Of a stretch of 64,000 nucleotides of DNA, positions 52,880 through 64,000 are shown piece after piece. The number at the start of each line of letters is the position of its first letter. Within the stretch, counting starts at the first letter, position 1. This DNA comes from Octopus sinensis (taxonomy: Eukaryota). The notes below the pieces were generated by a model. That model was not told where the DNA came from and searched no databases. It saw only the letters and a program-made list of their open reading frames with translations. Location: assembly GCF_006345805.1 (NCBI RefSeq), contig NC_043003.1, positions 63,612,001 to 63,676,000 of the forward strand. The letters are read 5' to 3'. The position numbers were made by a program, and so were the translations under genes.

Positions 52880-53151
52880 TTGCAGAGACATGCTGTCATC
52901 TACGGCTAATTGGTTATCTTTATTTTTTTACTTGTTTCATGCATCGGACTACGGTCATGCTAGGGCACCACCTTGAAGGGCTTAGTCGTTCAAATCGACT
53001 CCAGTAGTTGCTTTTTAATCTGGTACTTATTCTATCGCACCCTTTTGCCGAACCGCAAATGTTCTGGGGACGTAAAAAATTTAACATCGGTTATCAAACA
53101 GGGTGGAGACAAACACAGACAGAAAAACACACGCACGCACACACACACACA

Positions 53152-53182
<31 letters not shown>

Positions 53183-53228
53183 CACATAATACATATATGT
53201 AAGGTGTGTGCATTTTCCTTCTTTAATT

Positions 53229-53266
<38 letters not shown>

Positions 53267-53810
53267 TCTTTTATTTGCTTCAGTCATTTGACTGCAGCCA
53301 TTCTGGGGCACCACCTTTAGTCGAGCAAATCGACCCGAGGACTTATTCTTTGTAAGCCTAGTACTTATTCTATCGAATTATTTTGCCGAACCGCTAAATT
53401 ACTGGGACGTAAACACGCCAACATTGGTTGTCACGCGATAGTGGGGGGACAAACATACATACACACACACACATACATAAGACGGGCTTCTATTAGTTTC
53501 CATCTACCAAATCCACTCAAAGCTTTGGTCGCCCCGAGGCTATAGTAGAAGATACTCACCCAAGGAGCCACGCATGAAGACTGAACCCGGAATATGTGGT
53601 TGGTAAGCAAGCTACTTACCACACAGCCACTCATATGCATATGAGTGTGTGTGTGTGTTTGACGGGCTTCCTCAGTTTCCGTCCACTAAATTTACTCATG
53701 AAGCATTGGTCAGCCTGGGTTATAGTAGAAGACACTCGCCCAAGGTACTGGGTATTGAGACTGAACCCAAAACCATTTGGTTTCAAAGCAAGCTTCTTAC
53801 CCTTACAGCC
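52880..53810 (-). mobile_element. Three adjacent SINE family A copies or fragments
   Basis: About 52880-53100 (3' half), 53266-53632 (full) and 53660-53810 (5' half). Confidence 0.85.
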
Positions 53811-54884
53811 ATGTTTTTTTTTTCAATATCTGAAACTTTCACTTAACCCTACATCCCATAAGGCTCTGTTATTAGTTTACTCTCCTGGCTCAGCCTACGA
53901 CGGAGCCTCCATGCGGTCATCTTACCCTCTTAGAAATAACACTATCGCACTGCTCCGTCAATAGGAAAAAAAAATTTTTAAGTGGAGAGGATACACTAGA
54001 TAATGTAGTCCTTAATACACTCCTAAAAAGAGTGAGTTTGCTGTTCGAGCAAAGCTGAAACAGTCCAAACAACAGCAACATCATAGAATGACAGCATCAC
54101 TCTCAGGCTCTCGAGAATATACCATAATACGACAACGTTTCACACGTCTTTTCAGTATATTACTCCATTATCAAAACAGTACGGACGGTAAACTCTGCAG
54201 AAGATTTGGCTGCTAATTAGAACATTTTGAGCCATCGTATAGAAAACAGAAGTTTCTTTGACACCTTGTGTTATCCTTAGTTATCTCGAGACGAGATCTG
54301 TCATTATTTCTTGTTCATAGGACTTGAAAAGCTATAAAAAACATTAAAAGACAAGAAGAGTTGCTTAGACTATTATTTAGTAACTTTTGATGCCAGCCTA
54401 ACTGAGAGCTCGTAACAAGTTCTTTAAAAGAAAAATTATTGCTTTGAACTGCTAACATCTAAATTAAAATTCCCAGTCATAATTATATTTCACATTTTAT
54501 TAAGTTATGTTCTAATCACCAACTTTATAATGGAAAAGATACTTACTTTACGTTTTTGTATTTGGTTTGCAAAGTTCTTGATGTAAACTTGTGTGCTGAG
54601 ACAGAGTTTGTTGTATTTCGGGACGGTAATTATGCCAATAATAAACACCCGCACTAGTTCTATTTCACTTCTTTGCTTTTTATTAGTCAATTTAAACAAT
54701 TAACTAACCGGTTGTTTTGATTAATAATTCGATCAATCAATCAGACCTGGAGTAGAGAGGTCATGTAATTGATGAGGTCCCGAATAGTGACGAAAGGGCT
54801 TTTAACATATTCGTTGACTGAAAAATGAATCAAACAGTCGACAAGTTAATTGGATATATGATTAACCGATGAACTAATTAACAA

Positions 54885-55100
54885 TGGTTTCAATTTTTGG
54901 TACAAGGCCATCTGTTTTTGAAGGAAGAGGGAAATCGATTGCATCGACCACCATACGTGCCTGGTGTTTATTTTATCGACTCCGAAATGATGAAAGGCAA
55001 AGTTGACTTCAGCAGAATTTGAACTCAGAACGTAAAGACGAACGAAATGTGCCAAGCATTTTATTTCCTCGTGCAAAAGATTCTGTCAGCTCGCTGCCTT
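54885..55100 (-). mobile_element. SINE family B copy
   Basis: Head, body and CCAAAAATTGAAACC tail. Confidence 0.82.
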
Positions 55101-55349
55101 AATGGTCTAATTAATAATAAAGAAATGAAGAAGATCCAGTACGTGTGTTTTATTTTTGGGACTATCACCCCCCACAAGAAAATAGTTATTTTACTAAATC
55201 TGTCCACATTCTTAGTTATTAGAAAAAAAATTAAAACACAGATTTTAAAACACAAAATATTTATTTGGCCCTGAACAGGTTAATCAAACCTTTACCTTTA
55301 AAGATCATAATATATACACGCACTCATACAAACATACACACACATTCAG

Positions 55350-55386
<37 letters not shown>

Positions 55387-55417
55387 TATATTATATATAT
55401 ATATTAATATATTATTA

Positions 55418-55799
55418 TGTCAGGTCGCTCTAGAGTGCTACTGGTAACATGTAATCCAGTACAACCTGTTGCATGGTCGGGACGTCGGCGACTAAACTGA
55501 CAACCCCACCAGGTTCGCTTGGTGAGGTGGGTGCTGTTGGACTCCCTGTGGGATGGAAAAATAAGACCCAACAAAGGGCGGATGAACTCCTGAAGAGTCA
55601 ACGGCCATCCAACAAAATACCGGCCTGCCCGCCCAGCCAGTGGGATGGCGTCATCTTATGGCTAAAACAGCACGAAGAACGAAGAGGGCCTCAGTACCCT
55701 GAGAAGGGCGCGATCCAGAGGGGAGTGGACAGCATGCTGTGACCAGCGGTGTCAAATGGACGCCTGACAGACTGGTCAGTCAAAGTGATCAAAGTGATA
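55418..55799 (+). mobile_element. GC-rich element embedded in TA-rich sequence, longer relative of 1205-1328
   Basis: Shared internal and terminal motifs; ATATTAATATATTA on both flanks. Confidence 0.65.
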
Positions 55800-56511
55800 T
55801 TAGTATATTATATTAATATATTATATGTAGAGATGTATTTCACGTCTTTCCAGTCCACTTGGCCGGCAAAAATGAGTAATTCTACAACGGACAGCCGTCA
55901 ATACCTTTGACTTCGCTGCCTTGCCCTCCACCACTATCACCACTGTCTTTCGCATCACATACTATCACCGTCATCTCTGACCGCCTCGGCTACCACCACC
56001 ATCACCTCCGCCTCTATCACGACTACAACTCATACTTTTACTATCAGCTCATTACCATCACAACCGTCAATCTACTACCGCCCTCACCGTCTCTATGCAT
56101 ACTATTACTCTCACCCCAATATGAGGAATAGTAGAAGTGTCATTGAATAGTGAGAGAGGGAGTCAAGTGTGACACACTGACACACAGAAATTCGTTTTGG
56201 CATTTGTTGTTATAGATAGATGGATAGATAGATATATTGTATATACGCACACATAAATACACGAATGTGTGTGAGCATATTTTCTTCTATCAAATAATTT
56301 CTATGACAATCTCCTGTCACATTTTGTTCCAAAGGAAAAATTTCTATATTATTCCTAGAATTTATTCAAACTTTCATTACTTAGATAAAAATTAAATATG
56401 ACATATATGCATTAAGTAAAATAAAACTCAGAACAGGACCAGGAGTAGTCGTAGTAGTAGCAGTAGTGTTGGCGTTGTTAGGACGATTTTAAAAATATAT
56501 AAATTTCTTAA

Positions 56512-56830
56512 GGCAACGACCTGGTAGAATCGTTTCCACACCGGAAAAAATGCTTCGCGGTAATTCGTCCGTCTTAAGTTCAAATCCCACCGGGGTTGAC
56601 TTTCATCCATTCGGAGTCGATAAAATAAGTACAAGTCAGGTGCTAGGAGTCGATGTAATCGATCCCCACCCACCAAAATTGCTAGCCTTGTGCCAACATT
56701 TGACACCAATATATAAATGGCATCTACGGTGGGCGAGTTAGCAGTGTCGTCAGCACGTCGGGCAAAATGTTTTGCGGCATTTCGCCCGTCTTTACGTTCG
56801 AGTTCAAATTCCGCCAAGGTTGATTTCTTT
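56512..56830 (+). mobile_element. Two SINE family B copies
   Basis: Heads near 56512 and 56727. Confidence 0.8.
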
Positions 56831-57352
56831 TCTACTGTCTTAGTCATCAGCTCGATTAGGACAACTGTGAGGTTAACCAACTGCCAAAATAACCACCATA
56901 TTATAATTGTTGGAGAAGTTAAACGACTAGACTTTAGTCGTTTAAAGCTAGACAGTAGAGGAATAGGACATTAAATTATTGTCTCGTAGTTTTTGAACGG
57001 GCTTTGTCTTTGAACTCGTGAGAGTTCAAAAGTATAGCACACGCTACATTATGTTTTTGAGCGTGTTATAGGATTCTAAATTACCTCGATGCATCTAGCT
57101 GCAAGCTATAGTTACTGAGCTTTTTCTAAGAATGTTTCACAGATGCAGGCTTCACTTGCAAGATGGTTAAAATGTTTGTTTTGCAACAACCTGGCTTCGA
57201 GCTCAGTCCCATTATTGGCACCTTGGGCAACTGTTTTACACCGTAGTCTTGGGTCAACAAAAGCGTTGTGAATGAAAATTAGTGGACAAAAACTGCGTGA
57301 ACCATCCCTGTGTTTTAGGTGGAAAACTTAGTCCGTTATTTTCTTTGATACC

Positions 57353-57767
57353 TATTTCTTTACTACCCACAAGGGGCTAAACACAGAGAGGACAAACAAG
57401 GACAGACAAACGGATTAAGTCGATTATATCGATCCCAGTGCGTAACTAGTACTTAATTAATCGACCCCGGAAGGATGAAAGGCAAAATCGACCTCGGGGG
57501 AAATTGAACTCAGAACGTAGCGGCATACGAAATACCTTTTTGTTTACTACCCACAAGCCGCTAAACACAGAGAGGACAAACAAGGACAGACAAACGGATT
57601 AAGTCGATTATATCGACCCCAGTGCGTAACTGGTACTTAATTTATCGACCCCGAAAGGATGAAAGGCAAAGTCGACCTCTGCGGAATTTGAACTCAGAAC
57701 GTAACGGCAGACGAAATACGGCTACGCATTTCGCCCGGCGTGCTAGCGATTCTGCCAGTTCACCGCC
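57353..57767 (-). mobile_element. SINE family B dimer with TSD
   Basis: 14-bp TSD TTTTCTTTGATACC (57339-57352, 57768-57781); internal junction tail|GGTATTTC at 57536. Confidence 0.95.
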
Positions 57768-58709
57768 TTTTCTTTGATACCTTGTAGATTTGGTGGCGTT
57801 CGCTTTTCCTGCAAACGTTCGATCCCGCCTCCGGTTTGAGAATAACTTCCTCATTTCCCTTTATGAGAAAAGAGGCCCTAAAAGAGTTTGTTGATGTGCG
57901 CTGGCTTTCTTCCTCTGACTAAATCATTAAAAACATAAATAAAGTAGCGTTCAGTCTAGTGGGAGATTTATCTATGATCAAATTAACGCTGCATGAAGCT
58001 AGAGATAAGCACTGGCTTTATGGATCTCTGCGATTTGTAAATGTCAAAATATTGATTATTAACAACAGGCAATTAACCCAATAAATAAATTAGCTTCAAT
58101 AATTTACAATAAAAACGTTGGTAAAAAAAATAATAATAAGTACGAAAGAAAAAACACACAAAACAAGGAGAAAAAAACTCTGTTGAAAATAGCGATGCTT
58201 CACTAGCATGGCCATTAAAACAATGATGCGAACATGGTTAAAAGAACTTAAGTTATTCAGGGTAAAAATGGTAAAACTAGGAAACAATCCATCATTTTGT
58301 TTTCTTTTGTTGTTGTAAAATACTTTCAGTAAGACAGGAAAGCACATCTGCTTCGCACAGTATTTTAGGTTAAAGGCAGAAAAGCTATTACAAAAATGTA
58401 ATGTAATATAAATCCAGACCCATGTTGGGGAAGCCTGGTTATTTTCCTTGCTGTCTTTAAAAAGAACAAAACAAAGAAAGCCAAACTGGATAATGTAAAC
58501 CTAGGTAAACAATGCCTCTCCACTAAAAAACAAAATAAGTGGTCACAGCATAAAGGTACTTAAGTGAATGTCGCAATGCACATCATTTTTTTTTTTTATT
58601 TTGAGGGATGGATGAAATATGAAGCTGGTTTTAGTTCATTAGGTTTACGCTCAGAGTTCGAATCCTGTCGCTGTCTTTCATACTTTTGCGTTTCATTTTT
58701 CTGGGTTGA

Positions 58710-59190
58710 TAAGGTGTGGAACTGGCAGAAACGTTAGCACGTCGGGCGAAATGTTTACTGTCTTTACTTCTGAGTTCAAATACTGTTAATCTTTTCGGGG
58801 TCGAGAGATTAAGTACCAGTTGCGTAATCAACCGGCCCCTCCCCCAAATTTCGGTCCTTGTGCCTAGAGTAGAAAAGATTCTTTCTGGGTTGATAAAATA
58901 AGTACCAATCAAATATTGGGGTCGATGGTATCGTCTAACTCTTCCCCTCAAAATCGCTAGCGTTCTACCTAAGAAGGAAACATTTTTCATTGACTAAAAG
59001 GCAGTGAATTTAGAGAATCGTTAACGGGTCACACAACTCACTTTACGTTTCGAGTACAAATTCCGCCGGGGTTAATTTTGGTTTCATCCTCTCGGGGGTC
59101 AATAAAATGAAGTACCAGTCAAATACTTAGGTTAATGTAATCGCCTTGCTCCCACCTCCTAAAAATACTGGCCTCGTGCCAAAATTTGAA
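58710..59190 (+). mobile_element. Three SINE family B copies or fragments in tandem
   Basis: Recurrent head, body and tail motifs. Confidence 0.78.
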
Positions 59191-59651
59191 ACTCATTGTT
59201 TTCTTTTGATATCGCTTCATGTAACAGTCCTTACTGGATGTCAACCTGATACCGAGGACAGCTATTGTCATGTAACGGTGGTGTTTCGCCACAGAATGTG
59301 GCTATATAAAAGGCATAGAATTAATTTAGACCTGCGATATAGAGATATAAATCAAAATAATAAGGCAAAAAGCTACAACTCTTTTATTAGGTATCAAAAA
59401 ATATGGCGAGGCTTTTGTATATGCTAGGTTTACCTATTTCTTTACTACCCACAAGGGGCTAAACACAGAGAGGACAAACAAGGACAGACAAACGGATTAA
59501 GTCGATTATATCGACCCCAGTGCGTAACTAGTACTTAATTTATCGACCCCGAAAGGATGAAAGGCAAAGTCGACCTTGGCGGAATTTGAACTCAGAACGT
59601 AACGACAGACGAAATACCACTAAGCATTTCGCCCGGCGTGCTAACGTTTCT

Positions 59652-61375
59652 TATTTCTTTATTACCCACTAGGGGCGACACAGAAAGGGACACTAAGAAA
59701 CATGGGGACATATAACATTATAATTAAACTTTATGAACATGAATTGTTAAACGAAAAAATGATTAAATGAAAGCGATACCAACGGCCCCGTCCGTCAGCA
59801 TCACTTACCTGTCCTTTGTTTTTCATAGTCACTTGATTTCCTTGCCAATACGAACAAATTCCATATCCATTCTTACTCCGAAATACTCATCCATATTTTC
59901 CACGAATTCATCGCTCATTCTTATATCTTTCACCTCCCAATTCTCGCATTCACACATCACCATAAAGTCACCTATGTTCTTCTTTCAATCACAGCATACC
60001 TAGTCTCACCAACATCATACCATTATACTCTTCCATTAGACTTTTAACTTCTTTCTGTTCAGTCATAGTACAAATGTACGGCCTGATATCGATTTCAATC
60101 TCTTGTGTGTGTGTATTCTTTTTTCTTTTGTTTTCTTGTTGGGGGGAGCGGGTGGGTTCAATGTATGCATGGATAGGGTGGGACTCAGAGGCGTGGGTGG
60201 TTTTGGGTGGATGGAGTTCCATATTATTTTCTTTTCCACGTATTCTTCTCTTCCTCTTACTTCCAGCTTCCTTCCATTTCTGTGTATTCTCTTCCTCTGT
60301 TCCTTCTCCTCTGGTTTCTGTTCTTCTCTCTCTGGTTCGGGATCCATTTCTTTCCCTGGGGGAGGGCAGAAGGCTCTTATGTGACCCCTCAGGCCACACT
60401 TGTAACAACGTGGAGCCCTGCCCTCCACCCACACTCTCATGATCACTTCTCCCAGTCTGATGCTTTCCGTCAGGTCCACCAGTACCTCGGTCTCTGCCTG
60501 TACGTTCAGCTCCACTGTTACGCCTCTCCAGCCCTCGGACTTAACCGAGGCATGGAGAATATCCACTTCGTCCTCGTGGCCGCTGATCACAGCCGCCACA
60601 ATCCATTCTGCCTCCACGTTTGGTGGCACTCCCTCCACCCTTTATTCGTGTAATCCTCCTGTTTAAATACGTAGGTAACAGTGTTACCTTTTCCGACTTC
60701 ACCGCCTTCGCCGCCATCTTCCTCGCTGCAGATTCACTTTTAAAATGCACAACTACGGTCCCATACTTGGATCCTCGAGTCAGAAAATTTATTTCCTCCT
60801 CAGTTCTTCGCAGGGCTTCCTCTATCCATTCCATGGTTACAACTTCTACCCTCTTCCTTTCGTTTGCGAACACCCTGTAAACAATGGTCCTCTTATCATA
60901 CCATTCTTTTCTCCTGGGTGTCGGTGATAGTTCCACTCACCGCTTTCCTTTTCATGTGTTTCTGGTACTGGTAGCTTGGCCAAGTCGACCCCTTTCTCTT
61001 CCGCCTTCTTGGTTACACCGGCATAAGTATAACTCAGCTCTTTTCCAAATTCCTCGCTGCCATTTCTAGCTCCTTCTCAGACAAGTCTGATAAAGACTCG
61101 AAAACTCCAGCCTTTTCCTCCATCAGCTTCACTGCAATTGCCTGTTCCAGTTCCTCATCTGTCGTGGACAAGTCTGTTAGAGACTCATAGTCCATTTCCT
61201 TCTGTCTGACAGACCGAAAACGGCCGCCAAAACAGAAAAAAGTTTAACGCGCTGAACGAGCGAAACGCGAAACCGCGTCAACGCCGTTCAGAATTTCCAC
61301 AACAACAACCACGCTTTTTGTTCTTTTTTACCGAATTTTCAGGAGCCGAAAAAAACACGACCGACGTCAAACGAA
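59652..61375 (-). mobile_element. Complete non-autonomous ORF1-only Tx1/L1-clade element (1724 bp)
   Basis: 14-bp TSD GTGCTAACGTTTCT (59638-59651, 61376-61389); about 180-bp 5' UTR, gag-like ORF, about 177-bp 3' UTR ending GCCCCTAGTGGGTAATAAAGAAATAA; no endonuclease or RT motif. Confidence 0.9.
59829..61195 (-). pseudogene. Tx1 ORF1 homologue (CCHC zinc knuckle), several frameshifts
   Basis: ATG at 61195; FLTRGSKYGTVVVHFKSE..LLPTYLNRR aligns with YLTRDKRFAAVVVYFKSE..WLPTYLGRR of the 15066 ORF; CYKCGLRGHIRAFC knuckle. Confidence 0.85.
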
Positions 61376-62225
61376 GTGCTAACGTTTCTACCAGCTCGCC
61401 GCCTTTGCTAGGTTTACCGAGGATGTTTTTCAAGAAACTCATCTACCCTTTTCTTTATGACACCAAATTCGTCAAAAATATATTAGGTTGTTTGTTTTCA
61501 ATTGCCACATTCTGTTTAACCTCGATTTCTCTATCTTCGGGCTTCACACATTTTTCACATTCTTTATCAGACAGAATCATGGTATAGTCATGTCAGTGAG
61601 TAGGCATGTTTTATTTTAAAATCTTGAACAACGATATCAGTCCAGTTGACGTTTATGGTGTAGTCTGGGTGGATTGTAAAATTCCATAAAACTGTTACAT
61701 CTCTTGCTTCGATTTCTGGTAAAGTATGGTGTTCATTCCAACTTCTATCATGTTCTGAACCATAACGTTTGCAAAGTACTCAATAAATGATTTAGCCCAC
61801 CCGATCGTACCCGGCTTTATATTCAGTTGGAACCAAGGAAGATCACTCTGAAGTTACATGTTCTATTGTCTTGATTTGTTCGTCACAGACTCTGCATTTT
61901 GGGTCTGGTTCATTTTTGAGGACGTTTGCTTAGCATTTTCTTATAAATAAGTTCTGGGCTTAGGCAGCAAGGAAAAATTCTTCTGGTTTCGCTTTTAACC
62001 CTCAGTTGCATAACCACTGATGGGTTTCTGGTTGGCCAGCATCAACAGCCTGTACATTATTTACATTGACGGATATGTTCTCATCAACATTTCGGCTGAT
62101 TTACTCTCCAGCCTTTATCAGGTGTCCTGGTAGAATTTTGAACCCAACACTGGCTTCTCATTCCTAAGGTATTATTTTTTTATTATATTTTTATTATTAT
62201 TATTATTATTATTTATTCAAGGCAC

Positions 62226-62292
62226 TGTCTGGAATTGAACTCGGAATCTTGAGGTTAGTAGCCCGCGCTCTTAACCATTATGCTATATGCCC
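62226..62292 (-). promoter_or_regulatory. tRNA-derived Pol III type-2 promoter (A and B boxes)
   Basis: Minus strand TAGCATAATGG (A box) and GAGTTCAATTCC (B box) with an anticodon-like loop CTACTAA between them. Confidence 0.7.
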
Positions 62293-62376
62293 GTGCCTTG
62301 AATAAATAATAATAACATCAGCAAACAAGTTCCTAAGGAATGAGAACCCAGAGTTGGGTTCAAAATTCTACTAGGA

Positions 62377-62418
62377 CACCTGATGAAGGCTGGAGAATAA
62401 ATCAGCCGAAACGTTGTG
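62377..62418 (+). ncRNA. Minimal hammerhead ribozyme motif
   Basis: CAC-CTGATGA-A-GGCTG-loop-CAGCC-GAAA-CG-TT-GTG: 3-bp stem I, 5-bp stem II, ACGT palindromic stem III, GTT triplet ending at 62415. Confidence 0.65.
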
Positions 62419-63609
62419 GTAACAACAAACAAGATGAGGACACATATTCATCCAATGTAAATAATGAACAGAAATCTTCATCTATGAAATATAGAACATC
62501 AACATCTTGAATGCAAAATGGGTTTTGGCCGTACAGAGAATTTTGCCACAGTCTATCTGTCAGTGTTTTAAAGTTCTCAGACTTTATTTCTAAGAATTCT
62601 AGCTGTCTTAGTTGAAAGTAGGTCAACTTGATTTTAAATTTCTGATATTGGTTTTTATTTCTTTTCAGTATCTCTCTGCTTCTTCTTGCTTTCGTAGTCT
62701 TTTGCTAATATTATCACCCAATTTGATTTTGTGTAGATAAGTTTGCAGGCCAATTATGGATGTTTCACAGGATAATCCAAGTAGGACGGTCTCTCTCCCA
62801 TCTTCTCTTCTCGGCAGGTAGAAATGGTTGATGTGTATTTCAGGGTGGAGCATTTTGCTAGCGGTGAGAAGTTAACGTGTTTTACCATCCATTTTCTGAC
62901 GGCCAATAGATTCCAGTTGATAAGAATTTAATCATGCTGCAGATACCGCTAAGGTGTTGACAGATTCGCTCATTTTTCGAAAGACCAGACTTACTCTTCT
63001 GCAAAACTCTTTTCAAATTTTTTTCTTTCCTTTGAGTATGTTAGATTCCATTGCACTCGTTTATATCTCGGAGATATTCATAAGTGTCCTCAAGATCCAG
63101 TTCTTGTACAGCAATTGTTTAGGTCATGTTTGATTGATGATGTGGTAAGCTTCCCTCTTCTGAAAGTTGTTGTTGGACACTTATCCAGTCAAATTCCAAT
63201 TTTAAGGTTTTACTAAACTGCTTTGCCGTTGTTAAAAGTCCTTCTAACTCCTGATCATTTTCAGCAGAGAGTTTCAGATCGTCCATAAAGATTAAGAGAT
63301 TGATTCTGTTAATGTTATTGTTTGTTCGCTTGAATTCGTATTCATTGTTATTCAGTTCACTAGAAAGTAGGAAGAATGCTATAGAGAAAAAGTGAGTGAG
63401 AGTCTTCTAGGAACATTCAGAATACTTTGATTTTGCTTTATTGCATGAGTCTGTTGTGCTGGTTAAAAAGAGCGAATTTATTCATTTCGTCATACTATAT
63501 AGACGAAAGCTAGAGATTACTTGGAGAGATATTGTGTGCTTCTAGAGGTTTCGGTATCCAAATTTATTGCTGTTTCTTTCAGTATTTTCCAGCGTTTGCC
63601 TCTGATAGA

Positions 63610-64000
63610 GACAGGCATGGTTATGTGGTTAAGAAGGATCGCTTTGCTACCACATGGTTTCGAGTTCAGTCCCACTTAAACAAGTGTCAACTACAATCTC
63701 GGATCGAACAACGCTGTATGAGTGGATTTAATTGACGGAAACTGTGTGGAAGCCCATCGTATATGTGTGTGTCTGTACGTGCGTGTATGTGTGTGTGTGT
63801 GTGTGTGTGTTCAATGACCGTCTGACAACTTATGTCGGTTTGTTTACGTCCCAGTAAATTAGTTCGGCGAAAGATACCGATAGAATAAGTACCAAACTTT
63901 GAAAATATAAATACTAGGGTCGATTTGTTTGACTAAACCCTTCAAAGCGTTGCCCAAGCATGGCTGCTGTCCAATGACTGAAACAAGTAAAAGATAAAAA
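63610..64000 (+). mobile_element. SINE family A copy
   Basis: Head, (TG)n core and tail TGACTGAAACAAGTAAAAG at the window edge. Confidence 0.88.

Larger units (their letters stand above)
59435..61405 (-). mobile_element. SINE family B (GTAGTAAAGAAATA tail) with TSD, split by an ORF1-only Tx1 element
   Basis: 13-bp TSD TGCTAGGTTTACC (59422-59434, 61406-61418); head 61405-61376, remainder 59651-59435. Confidence 0.95.
62053..62496. mobile_element. Foldback insertion: central tRNA-like segment flanked by inverted arms carrying hammerhead motifs
   Basis: Arms 62053-62225 and 62293-about 62470; centre 62226-62292; flanks CATCAACAGCCTG / CATCAACATCTTG are a possible TSD; interrupts the R4 element. 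Confidence 0.85.
61570..63500 (-). mobile_element. Degenerate Dong/R4-clade non-LTR retrotransposon (RT plus CCHC and restriction-like endonuclease region)
   Basis: LIFMDDLKL (near 63280), xxxLDKC, FYLPRREDGR, THQWL..GLK, DPKCRVCDEQIKTIEHVTSE*, VLWNFTI..WTDIVVQD. Confidence 0.88.

Noticed and set aside
59220-59380. TGTAAC..TATATAAAAGG..CA, possible solo LTR
   Set aside because: Too short, no TSD and no second copy.
61843-61850. TGA at the last Cys of the R4 zinc knuckle (selenocysteine?)
   Set aside because: The element is heavily decayed with many stops and frameshifts; simple mutation is sufficient.

Overview
Eukaryotic, AT-rich, repeat-dominated window; the SINE repertoire and very long (TA)n/(TG)n/(GATA)n tracts suggest an Octopus genome (recognised from recall, not database-checked). 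No host gene can be named and almost all ORFs in the supplied track are microsatellite artefacts. Content: roughly 20 copies or fragments of a tRNA-headed SINE with a central microsatellite (family A), roughly 40 of a second tRNA-headed SINE with interchangeable tails (family B), three copies of a tRNA-Arg-like SINE head with two different tails (C, C2), three Tx1/L1-clade pieces, three CR1-type LINE 3' ends, a Dong/R4-clade LINE remnant, Penelope-like remnants, several foldback elements (three with minimal hammerhead ribozyme motifs), a hAT MITE, and three weak candidate exons. The main signal is a candidate Tx1-SINE system. SINE B copies with a ...GTGGGTAGTAAAGAAATA tail share that tail with Tx1 elements and insert at 5'-GGTA (three independent TSDs). 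GGTA also occurs in the SINE B head, giving self-nested arrays. A complete, TSD-flanked, ORF1-only Tx1 derivative sits inside a SINE B head.
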